Shown here: positions 59,334 to 64,000 of the stretch, piece after piece
Layout of the letters: each line of letters opens with the position of its first letter
Position numbering within the stretch: the stretch's first letter is position 1
Source: a virus
Reading direction: 5' to 3' (one strand)
Virus record (IMG/VR): IMGVR_UViG_3300030202_002773
Span: 1-64,000 of that record
Length of the DNA stretch: 64,000 nt
Notes under the pieces: generated by a model
Database searches by the model: none
The model's input: the letters and a program-made list of their open reading frames with translations, nothing else
Told to the model about the DNA's origin: nothing
Program-made: the position numbers and the translations under genes

Positions 59334-60154
59334 TAAAATGGAAGATCCTCTTCAACTGTTACTTTTTGTCCATTGTCTTTATTAATAACCCAGTCTTCAT
59401 TTTCATCAACAGTATCAGGAGTTACCAATGTAGCTGTAGAAACATAAGGTCCCCAAGTTAACTCTGGACAAGCTCCAACATCAGCATTAAATGCACCATA
59501 ATCATCATTAAGTTTCTCTATAAATAAATCATCACGCTGAGGTTTTACTCTACCAAAGTATTTAGTATATACTTTTTGATATTTACCATCTTTAACACCT
59601 ATAAGAACTCTAACTTCATTAGTAGATAAAGCTTCAACTAAATGTTTAATTTCTGTTATAACTCCATTAGATATTGCAGGCATAGAATCAAAAGATACTT
59701 CATCTCCTGATGCTACATTAGCCCAAGCTTTAGTAAAATTAATTAACGTTTCTTCACCAGTATAAGCTTTTCTTTCACCTTCAGATTTCCACCATGGATA
59801 TTTAAGTTCTCCTTCTTCATTTAATTCTTTACTAGGTTCAGTATTAGACCATGTAGATTGTCCAATAGCATTCATCCATTGATATTTACCTGCTTGAGAA
59901 ACTCTAGGTTTATTTTGCATTAGTATTTCTAATTTAAAATTACCATCTGAATTAGCTAGCCAAAATACAATTTTATTGTATTCTTCTCCACTAAATTCTA
60001 CTTTGTAGTTTGGTTCTTGTTTTACATTAATGTCCATTGCATGTAATTCCTCCATTGTTGGATTTACTGCTCTAACTTTTACATTAGTTAAACCTGAGTA
60101 AGTTTTAACACCACCCATTACTTCTTCTGTACTTGCATTACTTTGTATTGCCAT
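59333..60154 (-). CDS. putative single-stranded DNA-binding protein (crAss-type)
   Basis: YSGL..V.V.AVNPT.EEL...RKAYTGEE.L..F...W; acidic C-terminus ending EEDLPF. Confidence 0.65.
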   Translation of the reverse strand: MAIQSNASTEEVMGGVKTYSGLTNVKVRAVNPTMEELHAMDINVKQEPNYKVEFSGEEYNKIVFWLANSDGNFKLEILMQNKPRVSQAGKYQWMNAIGQSTWSNTEPSKELNEEGELKYPWWKSEGERKAYTGEETLINFTKAWANVASGDEVSFDSMPAISNGVITEIKHLVEALSTNEVRVLIGVKDGKYQKVYTKYFGRVKPQRDDLFIEKLNDDYGAFNADVGACPELTWGPYVSTATLVTPDTVDENEDWVINKDNGQKVTVEEDLPF

Positions 60155-60182
60155 TTTTTATTGTTTTTGATTATTAATTAAT

Positions 60183-60794
60183 TTATAATTCGAACGTATC
60201 ATCGTCCATTTCTAGTTCTTCTTCTTGCTGCTCTTTTACTACATTTAAAGTATCTTGAAAAGATGGAGGTTCTCCTAACTCATTTTCTAACTCTTCGTCA
60301 AAAGTTTCTTTTAATGTTTTACCATCTTCATTTACCATAGTTGTAAAAGCATCATTAAGAGCATCTTGAGCATCTTGATCAAGTTCTATTGGTTTTCCAG
60401 TTTCTGAATCTTCGGCTCTCCATTGAAGATCTTCATCAGGATCTGTAGGGCTAAGCAAATTTACAATATCTTTTTCAGTTTTTTCCATATTTTCTTGAAT
60501 ATCTTTAACTTCGTCTATAGTATCTTGTATAGCATCTTCTAAAGTCATTTGATTAGGATCTATAGCATCAGTCATATCATCTTCGAATGTAAAAGATAAA
60601 GGTTTCTTTTTACTAGGTCTTCTACCTTTAAGAAATGGATGCTTAAACATCTCATCTACTTCCCATGGTTTAATACCATACTTAATAGCCATCTCTGGTT
60701 TACTAATACCGTTTTTAAGATCTTGATCGATCATAGAAACAGTAATTTTTTCAGGAGTTTCTCCTGGTGTTACAGTTGTTTTCATTTTAATCAT
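60183..60794 (-). CDS. protein with N-terminal HTH-like region and very acidic C-terminal half
   Basis: Probable ATG at 60794 (A-rich context); DLKNGISKPEMAIKYGI...FKHPFLKGR; ends MDDDTFEL. Confidence 0.6.
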   Translation of the reverse strand: MIKMKTTVTPGETPEKITVSMIDQDLKNGISKPEMAIKYGIKPWEVDEMFKHPFLKGRRPSKKKPLSFTFEDDMTDAIDPNQMTLEDAIQDTIDEVKDIQENMEKTEKDIVNLLSPTDPDEDLQWRAEDSETGKPIELDQDAQDALNDAFTTMVNEDGKTLKETFDEELENELGEPPSFQDTLNVVKEQQEEELEMDDDTFEL

Positions 60795-60808
60795 TTTTTT
60801 ATGTTTAA

Positions 60809-61507
60809 TTAATCTATAAATATATCTGACCAATTCATAGGCATGGTCTTACCTTTTAAATGTGCACATCGAGATCCTGCAGTTATATCATCCATAGAGT
60901 CAAATGAAACCATAGTTTCTTCTCCCTCTCTAAATATATAGCCAACAGCATCTGCATTAGCGCAGGTAATTTGCTTGATCTTACCAGTTAAATCAAGGTC
61001 TTTAACAGCAACCTCTTTACCTTTCTTTTCAAGCATCTTATCTTTTAAATGTCCAACTAAGATAATATGATCCGCTAGTTTATTCAGTTTATCTATCCAT
61101 TCTTTGTAGGCCATTCTTAAATATAAATAGCCAGCACCGTTAGGCAGTGATAGTACTGATGCACCAGGGTTCTTAGTATCAAAGTTTTTACCCATAGGAG
61201 TTTTCATATAAATTTTTTTAGCATAAGCTTCACACATTTCTTCTAGTTTAGATATAGTGTCAATAGCTATATATTTATATGGTCTTCCTTCTTTCATAAT
61301 TGCTGAACCAATAGTTTGTAAATCTTTTAAACTATGAGCTTTTACTTTTAAAGCATCAATCATATCTGATCCGTCTTCTAAGTCAATAATTAAACAATCA
61401 TCAAGCTGTGATAATATAGTAGTCTTACCTATTTTAGGTGGACCATATATTATCATGTTTTTAGGCGATTTACGGCTAGCCTTTACCTTCTCTTTTGGTA
61501 ATTCCAT
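60809..61507 (-). CDS. AAA_24/Sak4-like P-loop ATPase
   Basis: Probable start MELPKEK at 61507; YGPPKIGKT, IDLEDG, IAIDT, GAGY, ILVGH, ADAVGY. Confidence 0.85.
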   Translation of the reverse strand: MELPKEKVKASRKSPKNMIIYGPPKIGKTTILSQLDDCLIIDLEDGSDMIDALKVKAHSLKDLQTIGSAIMKEGRPYKYIAIDTISKLEEMCEAYAKKIYMKTPMGKNFDTKNPGASVLSLPNGAGYLYLRMAYKEWIDKLNKLADHIILVGHLKDKMLEKKGKEVAVKDLDLTGKIKQITCANADAVGYIFREGEETMVSFDSMDDITAGSRCAHLKGKTMPMNWSDIFID

Positions 61508-61508
61508 A

Positions 61509-61679
61509 TTATTTAGTTTTAAGATATTCTCTAATTCTACTTTCACTTCTATCAAGAACTTCCGCAATATTTTTTATAGACATGCGTTTAGTCTTTAATT
61601 TTCTAGCAATTGTAGCCATTTTAATCACTGCTACAGATTTTAAATCTGTCCATTGTTTTGTCTTACTGTTCCAATTCAT
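61509..61679 (-). CDS. small helix-turn-helix protein
   Basis: MSIKNIAEVLDRSESRIREYL; ATG at 61679 follows the stop of the upstream small ORF. Confidence 0.7.
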   Translation of the reverse strand: MNWNSKTKQWTDLKSVAVIKMATIARKLKTKRMSIKNIAEVLDRSESRIREYLKTK

Positions 61680-61680
61680 A

Positions 61681-61818
61681 TTATGCTTGTTTTTTATACC
61701 AGACTCCCCTACCTTTAGCTTTACCGGTAAGTTCAACTGTTTTAATTACTATTAATTCTTCTTCTTTAGAAGGATTATACTTTGGATTTTTGCTGTTCAG
61801 CTTTCTTTTTTTTGTCAT
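61681..61818 (-). CDS. 45-aa basic protein (absent from ORF track)
   Basis: MTKKRKLNSKNPKYNPSKEEELIVIKTVELTGKAKGRGVWYKKQA*. Confidence 0.6.
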   Translation of the reverse strand: MTKKRKLNSKNPKYNPSKEEELIVIKTVELTGKAKGRGVWYKKQA

Positions 61819-61930
61819 ATTTTATTATATTATCCATTAATTTATTTATTCCTTGTCTTTTTACATTATAAGCATACAAACTAGTGCATATAGCAAATAT
61901 TCCTATTACTATTGTTATTATATATACCAT
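61775..61930 (-). CDS. 51-aa single-TM protein (absent from ORF track)
   Basis: MVYIITIVIGIFAICTSLYAYNVKRQG...KSKV*; TAATG-coupled to the upstream ORF. Confidence 0.55.
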   Translation of the reverse strand: MVYIITIVIGIFAICTSLYAYNVKRQGINKLMDNIIKYDKKKKAEQQKSKV

Positions 61931-62043
61931 TATTTCTTTGTTCTTTTATCTATATGCTTATCTATTTGGGAAGAAAAGTACATTCCTGTTACTAATCCTG
62001 CGCCCCAAGCTATTAAATGAGTGATTATCCAAGTTATTTCCAT
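61930..62043 (-). CDS. 37-aa single-TM protein (absent from ORF track)
   Basis: MEITWIITHLIAWGAGLVTGMYFSSQIDKHIDKRTKK*. Confidence 0.55.
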   Translation of the reverse strand: MEITWIITHLIAWGAGLVTGMYFSSQIDKHIDKRTKK

Positions 62044-62222
62044 TTGATATCATATTTTGTTATTAATTCATTTCTTTTTCTAATTAATTGTGATCTAGAA
62101 GCAGTTGGAGCTGAAAACATATCAGTTCTTTGTATATATCCAACAGCAGATTGCTTGCCTTCTAGGTTATTAATACTTTGAGTTAAGTTTTTTATTATTT
62201 CTTTTGCTTTTTGTTTTGACAT
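62034..62222 (-). CDS. small basic hypothetical protein
   Basis: Probable start MSKQKAKE at 62222, just after the DnaB stop. Confidence 0.55.
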   Translation of the reverse strand: MSKQKAKEIIKNLTQSINNLEGKQSAVGYIQRTDMFSAPTASRSQLIRKRNELITKYDIKWK

Positions 62223-62226
62223 AATT

Positions 62227-63183
62227 TTAATTTCTTTCGTTAATAGTAAATGTAGCCATTTCTGCTTCAAAGGGTATCATTCCAAGTAAACCATCTCTGT
62301 TCTTTTCTACATGAACAGCTAATAGTCCTACAGGATCCTCATTACAGTATGTTTCTGTTATACCATACAAATCATATGGTCGTTGTAACATCATAACAAC
62401 ATGCGCATCTTGGCCAATACTATCACCACCAAACAAATCTGTTAGTAATGGTTGGTATTGCGCTTTAGCACGGTGTTCTTGCTCTATGTTACGATTAAGC
62501 TGTGATAGGAGTATATTTATAACTCCCATTTTAGCTTGCATCCACATACATCCTTTAGATAGCTCGTTAAGTCGTTGTAATTCTGACTCTGCTCTACCTA
62601 CAACAAGACGTGAGTGGTCAAAGATATTTATAATTCTAGCATTAGGGTTTCTATTAGTTATTTCTACATTAGCTTCTTTAATATATTCTATATTTCTAGG
62701 AATATTATTAAAATAAATAGGATATTTTTTATATTTAGATACTTTATCTTTATATAATTGATAGTCCTGTTCACTTAATTTTTCTTCTACAGATAATAGA
62801 TCTAACACTTCTTTTTTAACATCTTTAGAGCCTGCACGTAATATTTGTTGATGACCAGGCATCTCAAAACTCCAGTATAATACTACAACTTTCTCTTTAA
62901 GTTCATTATCCAACAAGTCAAATATCATTTGATTACTAAATGCTGATTTACCTACACCAGGTCTACCAGCAATTACGTACATTTTACCAGGCTGTAATCC
63001 ACCTAATAAATTTTTATTTAGTCTTTTCCATTTAGTTGGGAAGACAGGTCGTTTACCAAGCATACCAGTTCTAACTTCATTAATAGAAGTTGTTACAGAC
63101 TGTTCTATGCTTTTAAATCCTCTACTCTTATAGGGATCTTGTGATTCTTGGTTTAAGGGGGTCTTTTTGTATTGCATTTTCAT
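62227..63183 (-). CDS. dnaB: DnaB-like replicative helicase (C-terminal ATPase domain only)
   Basis: AGRPGVGKS, WSFEM, IFDH, LLSQLNR, DLFGGDSIGQDA, EKNRDG. Confidence 0.9.
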   Translation of the reverse strand: MKMQYKKTPLNQESQDPYKSRGFKSIEQSVTTSINEVRTGMLGKRPVFPTKWKRLNKNLLGGLQPGKMYVIAGRPGVGKSAFSNQMIFDLLDNELKEKVVVLYWSFEMPGHQQILRAGSKDVKKEVLDLLSVEEKLSEQDYQLYKDKVSKYKKYPIYFNNIPRNIEYIKEANVEITNRNPNARIINIFDHSRLVVGRAESELQRLNELSKGCMWMQAKMGVINILLSQLNRNIEQEHRAKAQYQPLLTDLFGGDSIGQDAHVVMMLQRPYDLYGITETYCNEDPVGLLAVHVEKNRDGLLGMIPFEAEMATFTINERN

Positions 63184-63685
63184 CTAAGTTTTCATACTTT
63201 TCCCAAGTATGGTTATTAATCCAGGTTTCTAAGTTTTGTAGATATTCAAGACTATTTCTTTCAATTGCTAATTGTTTATCTAAACATTTCATTATATATT
63301 TATGTTTATATAATTTATTATTTACAATTTTTTTATACCTATCCCTAGCCTTTTTATTGGCCATAGCATCTGGATCTTTAGCATGCAACACCCTAACACC
63401 TCGTGAAGAAGAATTTACTTTCATAGGATACGTACTCACTAATTCAGCAAACATTGAATCAAAATCAGAAACAAAAAGATCGATGAATTCCTGTCTAATA
63501 ACGTGAGTATCAACAGTTTCACCGATCTTTATGTATCCATTTTTTTGTAATTCTTCTAAATTTGGCTTTAAATTAAGATTGTTTAAATGGTTAAATCCTT
63601 TTCGATAGATGATAAATAAATATGTGAAATCATCAGCACTCATCTGTGTTTGAGTTAGTATTTCAAAATCTATATTTATCTTCAT
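63128..63685 (-). CDS. putative replication initiator/helicase-loader-like protein
   Basis: Probable start MKINIDF at 63685; F.EL..TYP.KV...YLQNLETWINNHTWE; upstream of and overlapping DnaB. Confidence 0.55.
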   Translation of the reverse strand: MKINIDFEILTQTQMSADDFTYLFIIYRKGFNHLNNLNLKPNLEELQKNGYIKIGETVDTHVIRQEFIDLFVSDFDSMFAELVSTYPMKVNSSSRGVRVLHAKDPDAMANKKARDRYKKIVNNKLYKHKYIMKCLDKQLAIERNSLEYLQNLETWINNHTWEKYENLDENAIQKDPLKPRITRSL

Positions 63686-63722
63686 ATCAAAAATTCTTTT
63701 ATAGTTAAACGGAACATGGGTA

Positions 63723-63752
63723 CAAATATACAAATCTTTTTCATATTATAAA
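63723..63752 (-). promoter_or_regulatory. Bacteroidota-type promoter (-7 TAnnTTTG)
   Basis: Minus strand TTTA-N18-TATATTTG in the gap between the helicase stop and the 63685 start. Confidence 0.45.
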
Positions 63753-63771
63753 ACTTTTATTTAATTATTTT

Positions 63772-63999
63772 TTACATCCAATTTACATTGTCTAAATTCT
63801 TTGTAGAATTTTTTAGCCATTTTTCTTCTTGACTATCTTTAACATATAATATTATGATCTCACCAGTTTTACCTTCTTGAAATCTAACTAGTCGTCCTAC
63901 TCTTTGTATCATAGGAAGAGATTTACTAGTAATACCGCATATTATACCCATATTAGCATCAGGAACATCTAATCCTTGATTTAATGCTTTTGTAGAACA
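63772..63999 (-). CDS. SF2 helicase C-terminal fragment (truncated by window edge)
   Basis: CSTKALNQGLDVPDA...MIQRVGRLVR...EEKWL...NWM*: motifs V and VI. Confidence 0.85.
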   Translation of the reverse strand, partial: CSTKALNQGLDVPDANMGIICGITSKSLPMIQRVGRLVRFQEGKTGEIIILYVKDSQEEKWLKNSTKNLDNVNWM

Positions 64000-64000
64000 T

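Noticed and set aside
4517-63506. Short antisense or alternate-frame ORFs in the track (e.g. 4517, 4985, 5361, 9543, 11927, 13914, 28378, 32997, 53609, 58345, 62486, 63141)
   Set aside because: They lie within or largely overlap well-supported genes, have no motifs and show shadow-frame composition.
1-64000. Stop-codon reassignment (TAG or TGA), known in some Crassvirales
   Set aside because: Multi-kb ORFs are intact in the standard code, and TAG/TGA end genes right at the next start (9083, 9619, 12477, 14319, 33102, 49989).
1-64000. tRNA genes, integrase, introns or inteins
   Set aside because: No cloverleaf, recombinase motif, homing endonuclease or intein signature seen; intergenic space is minimal.

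Overview
AT-rich genome segment of a crAss-like (Crassvirales) phage. The host is most likely an aquatic Bacteroidota/Flavobacteriia bacterium, inferred from SD-less A-rich translation starts, TAnnTTTG promoter-like boxes and AQ/SQ-type signal peptides. Plus strand 1-49989 is the late block: capsid-associated and collar proteins, fibres, a lysis region containing an unusual membrane/secreted-protein cassette, ring/IHF-like/tail-tube/muzzle genes, then six large ejected cargo proteins including a 2788-aa virion RNA polymerase (GGDFDID). A bidirectional terminator at ~50001-50033 separates it from a minus-strand replication block (Nmad1, 5'-3' exonuclease, MoxR AAA+/vWA-peptidase module, spore-photoproduct-lyase-like radical SAM, PD-(D/E)xK nuclease, phosphoesterase, primase, SSB-like, Sak4-like ATPase, DnaB, SF2 helicase fragment). 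Top leads: (1) the three largest cargo proteins (5623 aa) carry only four cysteines, all at the protein-protein junctions (-5/+3, -5/+3), suggesting head-to-tail disulfide chaining of the ejected RNAP complex; (2) a four-gene cassette of membrane anchor, Cys-less thioredoxin, T9SS-CTD-like Cys-repeat protein and outer-membrane protein; (3) a ~175-nt pseudoknotted candidate ncRNA at 56595-56770; (4) xxGG motifs marking domain boundaries in internal virion proteins. All family calls come from motif recognition and gene order by eye; no database search was run.
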